A stretch of DNA of 64,000 nt from Candidatus Omnitrophota bacterium (GCA_003154195.1 PMCS01000008.1:15366-79365), one strand, 5' to 3'. Shown: positions 19,726-29,054, counted from the stretch's first letter. Translations and numbers: made by a program. Notes: a model not told the origin generated them from the letters alone.

Positions 19726-19762
19726 TCAAGGATAATTTATTTTCCGGATAAATTATCCTTGA
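19726..19762. promoter_or_regulatory. Perfect 15-bp inverted repeat with a 7-bp spacer (tcaaggataatttat tttccgg ataaattatccttga)
   Basis: Sits 35-70 bp upstream of the Rrf2 gene. Candidate Rrf2 operator, or a terminator for the upstream gene. Confidence 0.4.
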
Positions 19763-19923
19763 TTCTGAAGCCAACGGCCGAAGAATCTTCGATAAGAAAT
19801 AACCACCTTCCGAGATGCTCAAGGCAACTAAAAAAATAATTGGCAAGTTTGACGGACTCATCGGCCCGCCTCTGGCTGGATTTAGATATGAGTGATTGTC
19901 GCGAGAAAAGAAAAATATTACTG

Positions 19924-20466
19924 CTATTCCCGCGCCGGGAGCGCGGAAGGTTGCTCTGTGGGCTTCTTTTCTATAACCCTCAGCGAACTTTGAATCTGCG
20001 CCGACTTAAGCTGGTTCTTAATCTGCGTTATCTCCGATTCAATATTGGCCACTGTTTCCTTATTAAGTAAATCGACGCCGGCCTTTATCGCGTCTATTTT
20101 CTGAGTCGTTTCCAACAAAGCTTTAAAATAATCTTTCTGCCATGACTTGATGTCGTTTTCCAAATCGGTAATCTTCGAAGAAATATCATTGATTGTCGCT
20201 CGGTCGGATTTAAGCTTGATCTCCACGGCCGATAAAGAATCGGCGTATTTGGTAAATTTAGCGGCCAACTGAGCGATATTCTCCTTAAACGCGGAAAGTT
20301 GTTCCTGAAAAGAATCAACTTTTCCCTGCAAAGAAGCGGCCTGCCGGGAAAAATCTTCGTTGCGCCGGCCATAGTCTTTATAAAAGAAAACTGTAAACGC
20401 TATGCTTGCCGAAAGAGCGATAAACATTACCGCCAGGATAATGATTAAAACAATGTTTTTTTTCAT
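19924..20466 (-). CDS. Membrane-anchored coiled-coil protein
   Basis: N-terminal transmembrane helix followed by heptad-rich, low-complexity sequence. Confidence 0.35.
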   Translation of the reverse strand: MKKNIVLIIILAVMFIALSASIAFTVFFYKDYGRRNEDFSRQAASLQGKVDSFQEQLSAFKENIAQLAAKFTKYADSLSAVEIKLKSDRATINDISSKITDLENDIKSWQKDYFKALLETTQKIDAIKAGVDLLNKETVANIESEITQIKNQLKSAQIQSSLRVIEKKPTEQPSALPARE

Positions 20467-21323
20467 CTTATGGCCTCAACTATTTTTTTTATTACCTCTG
20501 CTTTATTTAACGTAAAGAAATGTAAAAACTTTACCCCGTTAGCCAAAAGGCCGCGGCACTGTTTTATGGTAAATTCTAAACCCGCCTTCTCCATTTCCTG
20601 CGGTTTATTTAAAAAAGGTTCGACTTGTTTTATGAGACTTTCGGGTATCGTAGTCCGGCAAATCGAAACAAACTGGCGAAGCTTATTCAAATCAGTCACC
20701 GGCATAATCCCCGGTACAATCGGAATGTTTATCCCGCGGCCACGGCACTTTTCATAAAAATTATGATAGAAAGTATTGTCAAAAAACATCTGCGTCACTG
20801 CGAATTCCGCCCCGCAATCTATTTTACGCCTTGTATAATCAAGGTCGGCCTCAAGCGACGCCGATTCGATATGGCCCTCGGGATACACCGCGACGCCGAT
20901 AGAAAAATTGCCGTATTGCTTTACGAACGAAACCAAATCCCGCGCATGAACAAATTCGCCTTTCGTAATATCAAAATCCGGCGCGTCGCGGGGGATATCC
21001 CCTCGTAACGCCATGATGTTTTCTATGCCTTTTGTCTTATACTCATCAAGCAAAGAATCGATTGACGATTTTGTCGCTCCGATGCAAGTCAAATGCGGCA
21101 TCACCACCCGGTCGGTTTCCTCCATAAACATATAGACCGCTTCCTTGGTCATTTCCTGGGAAGCCCCACCGGCGCCGTAAGTCATCGACATATATAACGG
21201 GTTATAATTTTTAAGCGCCCTGACCGCCTGCCGGAGCTGTTCCTTACCCTTAGGGGTTTTATACGGAAAAAACTCAAAAGATACTCCGCTTTTGTTATCT
21301 TTTAATATCTGGCTTATTCTCAT
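20463..21323 (-). CDS. metF: Methylenetetrahydrofolate reductase
   Basis: FEFFP...MTYGAGG and the MTHFR TIM-barrel length. Confidence 0.85.
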   Translation of the reverse strand: MRISQILKDNKSGVSFEFFPYKTPKGKEQLRQAVRALKNYNPLYMSMTYGAGGASQEMTKEAVYMFMEETDRVVMPHLTCIGATKSSIDSLLDEYKTKGIENIMALRGDIPRDAPDFDITKGEFVHARDLVSFVKQYGNFSIGVAVYPEGHIESASLEADLDYTRRKIDCGAEFAVTQMFFDNTFYHNFYEKCRGRGINIPIVPGIMPVTDLNKLRQFVSICRTTIPESLIKQVEPFLNKPQEMEKAGLEFTIKQCRGLLANGVKFLHFFTLNKAEVIKKIVEAIR

Positions 21324-21345
21324 ACTCCCCCTTTTAAACTCGGTA

Positions 21346-21600
21346 AAGGTTACGGTTATGATACCTGTTTAAGCTAGGATTAAGGTTAAAGCTAAGGCTA
21401 AGGCTTTAGGAATATCCCTGTCATTTTAAATTGGACATTGAACATTTATCAATTATCATTGAAAAAATTCTTTATTTTCAGCTTCTTTCATTTTAAAATG
21501 ATAAATGTCCAATGCTAAATTTAAAATCATATCTATTCTTGCCGACGCCCTAACCGTTACCCTTACCCATACCGGCTTCATAGCCCTAGCCTTAACCAAG
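21346..21600. repeat. Composite element: outer imperfect inverted repeat (ggttaa/gctaagg words) enclosing a core AT-rich hairpin repeat (21421-21530)
   Basis: Outer arms are 21346-21410 and 21547-21600, and the arm segment ccggcttcatagccct also occurs at 63895-63915. The core cattttaaattggacattgaacattt...aaatgtccaatgctaaatttaaaat has three other copies. Confidence 0.7.
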
Positions 21601-21612
21601 TATCGAACCTGA

Positions 21613-22968
21613 TTATGTCAAATGTAGATATGGTTTCCCCTCCGTCAACGGATTAAGGAAACGAGAAATCTCTAACGCGCCCTTACGTTCTTTTAAATTA
21701 ATTATTTCTTTTTTATCCGCAAGCACAATTGTTTCAACTATCGGCGAAAATATATCGTCGCCGTTTTCGTCCCTCACCACGGCAACCCTTCCATCGCTTA
21801 AAGCGACAAGCGCGCCTATCGGCCAGACGCCCATTACTTTAAAAAACTCATCAAAAAGCTTCGGCTCGAACAAACCCCCTTGTTCCTTAAGCATCGTTTC
21901 ATAGATAAGCTTCGGCGCGTAATCGCGCTTATAGCTGCGCCGCTGGCCCAACGCGTCGTAAACATCACAAAGGGTGACTAAAGAAGAAACCAAATGCGGT
22001 TTGTAAGAAAAGAATAACTTCGGGTAACCGGTTGAATCGTACCGGGCGTGATGCTCAAACGCGACAACCACCGGTAAAAAACCTAAACTGTCGGTATATC
22101 TTAAAAGAATCTCCGCACCAAGGTAGCTGTGGCTCTTCATCAAAGCAAATTCTTCATCGCTTAAGCGCGATTCCTTGCCGATAATTTTTCGGGAAATATC
22201 AACCTTGCCGATATCATGGAAAAGAGCGGCAATACCGATATCCACGACATCATCTTTGGAAAAACCGAGACGGGAAGAAAAATACATCGCTAAAACGCAA
22301 ACATTCAATAAATGCATAAAAGTAGAAACATCGTATTTTTTTATCGCGGTTAATTTAAGAAAATCACTGTACCGGGTCATGAGATTTTCCATAACATTCA
22401 CGATATTAAACCGTAGCTGGAGGTAATCAACGTCTTCCTGCCCCAAGATAAAATCCACGGAATCGGTAATACGGTCCAAAGAATCTTCGTATTTTTTGAA
22501 AGGGCCGGCCGCCTCCTTAGGCTCTTGCCCGGCTCCCTGGCGCGGCACGCCGCCTGACGGCGACGCCGTAATTTTTCCCACGCTGATGTTTTTGATGCCC
22601 AAAAGGCTCAAGTTTTGCGGATTCTTTTCAAAATTTACCGATTGCTCCGAAAGAAGGGAAAGAAATTTAATAAATTCCTGTTTATCTAATCCGCGGCAAA
22701 AGCTTATCCTCTCAATACCCCTGGCCTTTAAATAAAGAATCATACTGCGAAGTTTCTTGCTCAATTCAAAAAATATTTCCGTCTCATACGCCAGCTCTTC
22801 CCCCACAATCCCGAGGATCAGCTCATCCTTTTTCCGAAGAATATCGTCTAAATCGCCGAACGCTGTATCGGCAGATTCACTGAATTTAGGATGAGTGGTC
22901 GTATATATTTTAGCGATCTGAAATGCCGAGATGAAATTTTTTAAAAAAGTTTCAATCTTTTCCAGCAT
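21613..22968 (-). CDS. HD-GYP domain phosphodiesterase with an N-terminal domain shared with the upstream gene
   Basis: HD-GYP motifs LFHDIGK and EHHARYDSTGYP. Start taken at MLEKIETF (22968); the longer ORF to 23085 overlaps the upstream gene. Confidence 0.8.
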   Translation of the reverse strand: MLEKIETFLKNFISAFQIAKIYTTTHPKFSESADTAFGDLDDILRKKDELILGIVGEELAYETEIFFELSKKLRSMILYLKARGIERISFCRGLDKQEFIKFLSLLSEQSVNFEKNPQNLSLLGIKNISVGKITASPSGGVPRQGAGQEPKEAAGPFKKYEDSLDRITDSVDFILGQEDVDYLQLRFNIVNVMENLMTRYSDFLKLTAIKKYDVSTFMHLLNVCVLAMYFSSRLGFSKDDVVDIGIAALFHDIGKVDISRKIIGKESRLSDEEFALMKSHSYLGAEILLRYTDSLGFLPVVVAFEHHARYDSTGYPKLFFSYKPHLVSSLVTLCDVYDALGQRRSYKRDYAPKLIYETMLKEQGGLFEPKLFDEFFKVMGVWPIGALVALSDGRVAVVRDENGDDIFSPIVETIVLADKKEIINLKERKGALEISRFLNPLTEGKPYLHLT

Positions 22969-24886
22969 TCCACCTCTCCAGAAGTTTACGGGATTTGCGC
23001 CGCAGTCTCCATTTAAACAAAGATTTTGTTTTGCTGAAATCGTTGAGGTATCTTTCCGCCTCTCTGACGCCAAGCGCGGCGACAATATCGATATTCTCTT
23101 CTAAAATCCTATTTTTCAGCCCGAATTTATTGGGGTAGCAAAACATAAACCGCATTGCTTCCTCTATAAGTTTTGAATCTTTAGCTATAGCCGAAAGCGC
23201 CGCTTTCTTTAAAAGAAAACTCTCTTTTTTCAGAACCGAAAATAAAAAATCTGCGTCGCGAGCTTCGCTCTCCCCCATAATCCCCAATATCTCTATCTTG
23301 GCTAAATCATTCGTTAAATTAAAAATATTTTTGAAAAACTCCCGCGCCGAAGATGCGTTGACATCTTTTGCCGCACCGATAAGTTTTCTGATAAAAGCTG
23401 TATCGGAAATTTTCTCTCTTATTTTCTTTAAAAATAAGTCGCCATCGCTGCCGAAAAACTTAAAGAATAACCGCAGAATACGGGAATCAACCCTATTTTG
23501 TTTAAAAATCTTATCCAGATAGAATTCAACCCCCAAAGAGCTGACTGCCAGATGTTCACTTAAAAGTCCGGCTTGCCGGGTATCGCTGTTTTCCAGAACA
23601 TAATTTTCCAGAAAACAAGATAGTTTATTATAGAGAACGAAAAAAATATCCCCCGGTTGGCTGATTCCTTTATTTTTCTCGTTAAAAACAATCAGGCTTT
23701 GCGTTAGATAATCAATATTCCCGGTATTTATTATATTATCCCACTCATCGGAAATCTTTTTTAAGATAATATCGAGTTTAACGCGTTTATTTTCCTGAGC
23801 GAGAAGATTCAACAAAATACAACGGTAGTTGTCATAAAGGGTGGAACGTTCAAAAACAAAATCGTTGCGGGATTCCGGCTCTTCATAAAGCGAAGCAACA
23901 ACCTTGCGATAGATTCCGGAAATTACCGGCGAAAATTCGACGGATAGTAATTCTTTCATTTTTTTCCGCGCCGCCGTTTTATTTTTTATCGCGGGATGGC
24001 CGGCGGACTTAGCGGAAAAGGAAGCGGCTACGGTCTCCTGTTTCGTTTTATCCATAAGCTGGGCGAACAAGCCAAACGCCGTGGAATCAAAATTATCATC
24101 GCCGGTCAGCCCATCCCAAAGAGTATCCGCAAAATCATCCGCTTCAAAAGTATCTAAGATTTCTTTTATTTTGTTTACATTAGTTTCTCCCAGATTATTT
24201 TTATTTTTTATAATTAATTTAATAAAATCTTTCGAGCATTGGCTGAATTTATCCTTATGCTTGTCTTTTAGAAATAGGAAGAATTTCTTTAAAACATCTT
24301 TGAGCGCTTCCTTTTCTGTAAAATCTTTCAGCTTAAACTTTTCGATGATTGTGCCGAACTTATCGGCTAATTCGCCAATTTCTCCGGCGTTCTGGTTCTC
24401 CACCGCCTTATTGAGTAAATATCCCCAGATATCCTTATACTCCTCCCCCTCGCCTTTTAAAAACTGTGAATAATCCAATTCCTCCACGGTAATATTGTTA
24501 ATTTTATTTTTTCCAAGGATAAAAGCCATGCCTCCTTCCTTGAATGTATTCTTAGCGGACAAACCGACCGCGGATAAAAATAAATCCCACTCTTGCGCGG
24601 TTACGCCCTTTTTTATTTCCAGGCTTTTTATTTTCCGGGAATGAAAAAGTTGAGCCAGTTCTTCATATAGTTTTACCTTCTCCCAATACTGGCCATCAAT
24701 CATCAGAGAAGACGAAGTAAAACCTATTCTGATGGGGCAGGCAAATTCAAAAAGCGAATCGGTCTTTTTTCTTAGATCATCCACGGATTTGCGAAAAAGC
24801 GGATGCTCCGTGGAATAGACCGAAACATTATTGAGCGCCACCCGAAAACTTTTAAAAAATTCTTCGTAAGCGGTAGTTTTATCCAT
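22952..24886 (-). CDS. Large all-helical hypothetical protein; its N-terminal ~110 aa are paralogous to the HD-GYP protein N-terminus
   Basis: EEFFKSFRVALNNVSVYSTEHPLFRKSVDD... aligns with FLKNFISAFQIAKIYTTTHPKFSESADT... of the downstream gene (shared F.K.F, Y.T.HP.F, S.D, FLS positions). HEAT-like C-terminus. No tubulin/FtsZ GGGTGTG motif. Confidence 0.45.
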   Translation of the reverse strand: MDKTTAYEEFFKSFRVALNNVSVYSTEHPLFRKSVDDLRKKTDSLFEFACPIRIGFTSSSLMIDGQYWEKVKLYEELAQLFHSRKIKSLEIKKGVTAQEWDLFLSAVGLSAKNTFKEGGMAFILGKNKINNITVEELDYSQFLKGEGEEYKDIWGYLLNKAVENQNAGEIGELADKFGTIIEKFKLKDFTEKEALKDVLKKFFLFLKDKHKDKFSQCSKDFIKLIIKNKNNLGETNVNKIKEILDTFEADDFADTLWDGLTGDDNFDSTAFGLFAQLMDKTKQETVAASFSAKSAGHPAIKNKTAARKKMKELLSVEFSPVISGIYRKVVASLYEEPESRNDFVFERSTLYDNYRCILLNLLAQENKRVKLDIILKKISDEWDNIINTGNIDYLTQSLIVFNEKNKGISQPGDIFFVLYNKLSCFLENYVLENSDTRQAGLLSEHLAVSSLGVEFYLDKIFKQNRVDSRILRLFFKFFGSDGDLFLKKIREKISDTAFIRKLIGAAKDVNASSAREFFKNIFNLTNDLAKIEILGIMGESEARDADFLFSVLKKESFLLKKAALSAIAKDSKLIEEAMRFMFCYPNKFGLKNRILEENIDIVAALGVREAERYLNDFSKTKSLFKWRLRRKSRKLLERWNAGKD

Positions 24887-24907
24887 GTTCAAACCTTGAA
24901 ACCCCAC

Positions 24908-25000
24908 TAGAGTGTCATAGTGTCAAAGTATACCCCTTGTAGCGCTCCGACACTCCATCTGGCTCTCTGACACTTTGACGCTCTGACGCTTTCGCGCTCA
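24908..25000. repeat. Intergenic word-palindrome (catagtgtc / gacgctttg family)
   Basis: agagtgtcatagtgtcaaag ... ctctgacactttgacgctctgacgcttt. Paralogs at 47800-47878 and 32540-32605. Confidence 0.7.
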
Positions 25001-26143
25001 AAAGTATTCTCTATAAATCTGCGCAATCTTCTCCCGGATTGTTTGGCTTTTCCCCCGCTCTAAAAACCGGGTTAGCCCATAGCGTATACACCCATAAGAA
25101 GAAGACAAGAGACCCTGCGGCAAAGAAGAAACGGCAAGTTGAGAAGGCAGTAATTCTTTTACGAAAGAAAAAAAACCCTCTTTACCGTTCAGCCTTCCTA
25201 AAAAATAGAGCGAAAAAGGCGCGCTGACTTTGCCGCCGATGCTTGAAACCATCGCTTCAATCTGGCCCTTGATATAAATCTTCAAAAAACTGTTGATCGC
25301 GTTTGTACTCAAATTCATATACGTGCTGCCGTCTCTAATACTTATCTCTTTGGCAGGTGGCACCTCGGTAAACGACGCATAATTGTCGAAAATATTCTGC
25401 GCCAGGTTAAATGACAACAGGAAATTCTTTTCCAGCGCTTCGATAATTTTTTTAATTCCAAAATCAAACTCGCCGACGCAATCCACCGAGCCTTGTGAAC
25501 ATGCTACGACACGACTGTGGTCATAGCCGATGCTTAAAGCCGCTTCTACGCCTTCGGTTTTGCAATCGCATAGAAACATCGCAACAATACCAAAATCGTG
25601 CGCCGTAAAATTAACCAAGCGCCGGTCGAAATTGGCAAAAAGTTCTCCCACTTCGCGGCGTACGCTATCCTTAATCCAGAAAATATGGGAATTAAGTTTG
25701 ATTTTTCTTGCCCATACGCCCAGGGGAGGCATCCGGTGGACAACCCCATCGATCTCATAATTATTCACAAAATGGTGAAGACAGTAATCATCCCAATCCA
25801 GAAAAACGTCTTCCACATACTTTTTAGACCGAACAATATCCCTGGCGCTTATTTTTTTTACTCGCTTCAAAGGAACAACTTCTTCTACGATGCTGTGGTT
25901 TTCGCAAGCCGGCGGCAAATTAATATAAATATCGCAAAACCGGTGTGATAATTCTTTTTCCTGACTTTTTATTTGCGCGTTAAACGTGTCGCAATTTTTC
26001 CTAAAAAAATCGGCGATGTCGGTTTCCCATGGCACACACAACGATATTTCTTTAATAAAATTTAGCTTCCCCTTCTCGAGAGAAGCTAAAGAAATAAAAG
26101 TTTTATCGCGATCGATATCAAAACCGCAAATACCTTTCATCAT
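24998..26143 (-). CDS. Divergent FtsA-like (actin/ASKHA-fold) protein at the ftsA position of the dcw cluster
   Basis: Directly follows ftsQ, as ftsA does in canonical dcw order. Weak phosphate-1-like GFDIDRDKTFISLA and adenosine-like LSIGYDHSRVVACSQG motifs. Otherwise highly diverged. Confidence 0.4.
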   Translation of the reverse strand: MMKGICGFDIDRDKTFISLASLEKGKLNFIKEISLCVPWETDIADFFRKNCDTFNAQIKSQEKELSHRFCDIYINLPPACENHSIVEEVVPLKRVKKISARDIVRSKKYVEDVFLDWDDYCLHHFVNNYEIDGVVHRMPPLGVWARKIKLNSHIFWIKDSVRREVGELFANFDRRLVNFTAHDFGIVAMFLCDCKTEGVEAALSIGYDHSRVVACSQGSVDCVGEFDFGIKKIIEALEKNFLLSFNLAQNIFDNYASFTEVPPAKEISIRDGSTYMNLSTNAINSFLKIYIKGQIEAMVSSIGGKVSAPFSLYFLGRLNGKEGFFSFVKELLPSQLAVSSLPQGLLSSSYGCIRYGLTRFLERGKSQTIREKIAQIYREYF

Positions 26144-26157
26144 TTAACCCTTCACAA

Positions 26158-26268
26158 CCCCGTAGGGGCGAGGCCTGCCTCGCCCTATACTAAATAATTT
26201 TTAACATTATTTTCATCGGATAAATTGTTATTTTTATTAGAGGGCCGGGCAGGCCCGGCCCCTACTAT
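26158..26268. repeat. Intergenic palindromic element (cgtagggg...cccctac family)
   Basis: Arms ccgtagggg[cgaggcctgcctcg]ccctata and tagaggg[ccgggcaggcccgg]cccctacta. Each arm carries its own GC mini-palindrome. Confidence 0.7.
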
Positions 26269-26329
26269 TAATTATCTTTTCTATTTTTCTTTCGTCTTTC
26301 ATCTTTCATCCTTCGGTTTCTTCTCCTCT

Positions 26330-27121
26330 CTATTTCACTCCGATGTATCCTTCTTTGAACCGCAAATCAATGTATTTTACGCCCGCCAGATTTCCTTTTA
26401 ATTTTTCGTTCACTAAATTATCGAAAATAAAAAGTTTATGTTCGACGTCATCGATGCCGATAATAACCTTTACCGCGTTTGTTTCTTCCGGACGGTCTTT
26501 GCTGCCGATCATAAAGCTTAAAGCGGGCAGAGATGTCGCGTTAATCGAAGTTATGACAAACCTCTTAACCACATCCTTACCTTGAAACGCCTCCCATAAA
26601 ATAAATGCGTATTCCAGCCGTTTGTCTCTGATCAAATCGCCCGGATCAAGTTTCCGCGCCCGGTCATACAGGTCTATGGCAACAAAATTATCAAACGGCT
26701 CGGCGCTGCCGCCGCTTAAAATAACGCCTTCCCGGTCAATAAGATAAAATAAGCTATTTTTAATTTGCGCTAAAGGCCGGCGCTTCTTGATCAGTATCTT
26801 AACTGTCGCGGGAAATTCTTTTAAAACGCACACTTCCTGGTATAGAGGATTGCCTTCCAGCAGCATCCGGCGGATTTTTCCCGCGTCTAAAGAAAAAAGA
26901 GATTTTCCGGAAATCTCCCTTTTTGTGTTTTTGTCTAAAACAACATTCGACTTGACACAGTTTTCATTAACCAAAAAAGTATTGGATTGCGACAAAAACG
27001 TTTCCGCTGTTTTATACAAATAGCTAAGCAAAAACAAAGAAAAAATAAAAACGAGCGCGGTTTTGATCAACCGAGAATCTAATTTGAAATTTGCCCTGTT
27101 AGCTTTTTTTCCTTTTCTCAT
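26330..27121 (-). CDS. ftsQ: Cell division protein FtsQ/DivIB (POTRA)
   Basis: N-terminal transmembrane helix plus a periplasmic POTRA-like domain, in the dcw position between ddl and ftsA. Confidence 0.6.
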   Translation of the reverse strand: MRKGKKANRANFKLDSRLIKTALVFIFSLFLLSYLYKTAETFLSQSNTFLVNENCVKSNVVLDKNTKREISGKSLFSLDAGKIRRMLLEGNPLYQEVCVLKEFPATVKILIKKRRPLAQIKNSLFYLIDREGVILSGGSAEPFDNFVAIDLYDRARKLDPGDLIRDKRLEYAFILWEAFQGKDVVKRFVITSINATSLPALSFMIGSKDRPEETNAVKVIIGIDDVEHKLFIFDNLVNEKLKGNLAGVKYIDLRFKEGYIGVK

Positions 27122-28040
27122 TTAGCCCCATTAAGGTCATCTTTAAAATCAACTCATCGAAACTTATACCGCAATGTTTTGCCGCCAGAGGCAGAAGACT
27201 ATGCGTAGTCAAACCCGGTATAGAATTCACCTCAAGCACGTACGGACAATTATTTTTATCTAAAATTATATCAACCCGGGAAAAATGACGGCACCCTAAA
27301 GCCCTATGCGCTTTCAAGGCAACCGCCTGAACTATTTTACGGATATCATCCGCAAGCTTAGCCGGAACTATAAATTCCGCCAAGCCATCGCTATACTTTG
27401 CGGTAAAATCAAAATACCCTGTCTTAGGCGCTATCTCAATCACGCTAAGAGGATTTTCTTCTAAAATACCTACGGTTAATTCCCTTCCCGGTATGAATTC
27501 TTCCAGAACCGCCTTATTATTTAACGCTGAAACTTTGTCTAAAGCCGGATTTAAATCCTGCGCGTTCCGAACAATGGATAATCCTATGCTTGAACCGCCG
27601 AGGTGCGGTTTAACTACTACGGGATATCCCATCGATGGAGAAACCGGCGATCCTTCCTGCCAAACCGTAAAATGCGCGGTAGGAATTTTTTCCTTAAAAA
27701 ATATTTCTTTAGATTTTATCTTATTCATTGCCGTAGAGCTCGCCAGCGGCGATGAACCCGTATAGGCGATATTCATTTCTTCCAGGATCTGTTGTATCCT
27801 GCCGTCTTCACCAAACTCGCCGTGCAAAGCAATAAAAACCACATCCATACCGCAAGAAAGAAGATTTTTTACTTTTTCTTTATCACAAGTATTTATATCG
27901 ATAAAAATAGCGTCAACGGCCTGCCTCCTTAATGCCTTCAACGCCTCATTGGCGGAGATAAGAGAAATTTCCCTCTCACTGGAAACCCCGCCGCCCAAGA
28001 CGCCTACTTTAATATTTTTCAAATCACCGATACCGGTCAT
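27099..28040 (-). CDS. ddl: D-alanine--D-alanine ligase
   Basis: Ddl motifs LHGEFGEDGRIQ and ATP-grasp. The true start is likely MTGIGDLK at 28040. The ORF extension to 28067 (MPDPYEILS) is encoded by the intergenic palindrome. Confidence 0.88.
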   Translation of the reverse strand: MTGIGDLKNIKVGVLGGGVSSEREISLISANEALKALRRQAVDAIFIDINTCDKEKVKNLLSCGMDVVFIALHGEFGEDGRIQQILEEMNIAYTGSSPLASSTAMNKIKSKEIFFKEKIPTAHFTVWQEGSPVSPSMGYPVVVKPHLGGSSIGLSIVRNAQDLNPALDKVSALNNKAVLEEFIPGRELTVGILEENPLSVIEIAPKTGYFDFTAKYSDGLAEFIVPAKLADDIRKIVQAVALKAHRALGCRHFSRVDIILDKNNCPYVLEVNSIPGLTTHSLLPLAAKHCGISFDELILKMTLMGLNEKRKKS

Positions 28041-28051
28041 ACTTAATATCT

Positions 28052-28183
28052 CGTAGGGGTCAGGCATGCCTGACCCGTTGATTTATATTTCAAAAATGTC
28101 AGATTTGAACAATCTGACGACAATCGATAAATTATTATTTTCCCGTATTTTATTAACGGGGCGGGCATGCCCGCCCCCTACAG
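28052..28183. repeat. Intergenic palindromic element (gtagggg...cccctac family)
   Basis: Arms gtagggg[tcaggcatgcctga]cccgtt and aacgggg[cgggcatgcccg]cccctac. The caggcATGcctg palindrome creates an ATG on both strands. Confidence 0.75.
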
Positions 28184-28184
28184 G

Positions 28185-29039
28185 TTACACCCACCTCTGG
28201 ATCTCTTCTTCCAATAATACGCTGTGTTTTTGGAAAACTTTATCTTTTATTGTACGGATCAAATAATCTACATCATCATAAACGGCGCCGCCGACGTTAA
28301 TTATGAAATTAGCATGCTTATCCGAAACTTGAGCGCCGCCTTTACGCGAACCCTTAAGGGCGCATGAATCAATTAAAAACCCTGCCGCCAATCCGACGGG
28401 GTTTTTAAAAACGCATCCGCAACTGGGATAACCAAAATCCTGCTTCTGCAGCCTCTGCGCCAGGAAATCTTTTATGCGTAAACGCACCCCCTGCCCGTTT
28501 CTCAATTCGAACCAGGCGCGTAAAATAATCTTATCCTTCAAAGAAGAATGCCGGTAGCCAAATTCGATATTGGTTCTATCCAAAATTTTCACGGTTCCCC
28601 GGCCGGCCAGAATTTGGGCTTTTTTTAAAAAAGATGACACCTCCCTGCCGAAAGCCGAAGCGTTCATCGCCAACATCCCGCCCAGAGTTGCCGGTATTCC
28701 TGCCAGATTTTCCCATCCCTCAAGGTTATGCTCAATGCAATAACGCAGAATACTTCTCAAAGAAGCCGCCGCGCCGATTTCTATCAGACCGCCGTCATCT
28801 TTTATATAATCAAATTCCTTTCCCAGTTTTATCACCGGTTTCTCTATCAAAGAATCTTTGATCAACAGGTTGGAACCGCCGCCCAAAAGATAGAATCGCT
28901 CTTCATTCTGCCTTGAGAAAGCAGCTAAATCATCCGTAGACTCGACGATACAAAAATACCTGGCCTTGCCGCCTATTTTTATGGATGAATATTGTTTTAA
29001 ATCAACGTTATTCCGTATCTGAAGATCTTTGATAACCAA
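28185..29039 (-). CDS. murB: UDP-N-acetylenolpyruvoylglucosamine reductase
   Basis: FAD-binding domain with GGGSNLL and the MurB C-terminal domain. Confidence 0.88.
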   Translation of the reverse strand: MVIKDLQIRNNVDLKQYSSIKIGGKARYFCIVESTDDLAAFSRQNEERFYLLGGGSNLLIKDSLIEKPVIKLGKEFDYIKDDGGLIEIGAAASLRSILRYCIEHNLEGWENLAGIPATLGGMLAMNASAFGREVSSFLKKAQILAGRGTVKILDRTNIEFGYRHSSLKDKIILRAWFELRNGQGVRLRIKDFLAQRLQKQDFGYPSCGCVFKNPVGLAAGFLIDSCALKGSRKGGAQVSDKHANFIINVGGAVYDDVDYLIRTIKDKVFQKHSVLLEEEIQRWV

Positions 29040-29054
29040 TCTCCTCGCAACTTT

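Noticed and set aside
21613-23085. Long form of the HD-GYP ORF starting MSPRLASERRK
   Set aside because: The extension overlaps the upstream gene's 3' end. The paralogous N-domain alignment begins at MLEKIETF (22968).
22952-24907. The 651-aa protein as a highly diverged FtsZ, given its position after the FtsA-like gene
   Set aside because: No glycine-rich tubulin signature (GGGTG[ST]G) and no Rossmann-like N-domain. The sequence is all-helical and low-complexity, so the paralogy to the HD-GYP N-domain is the better explanation.
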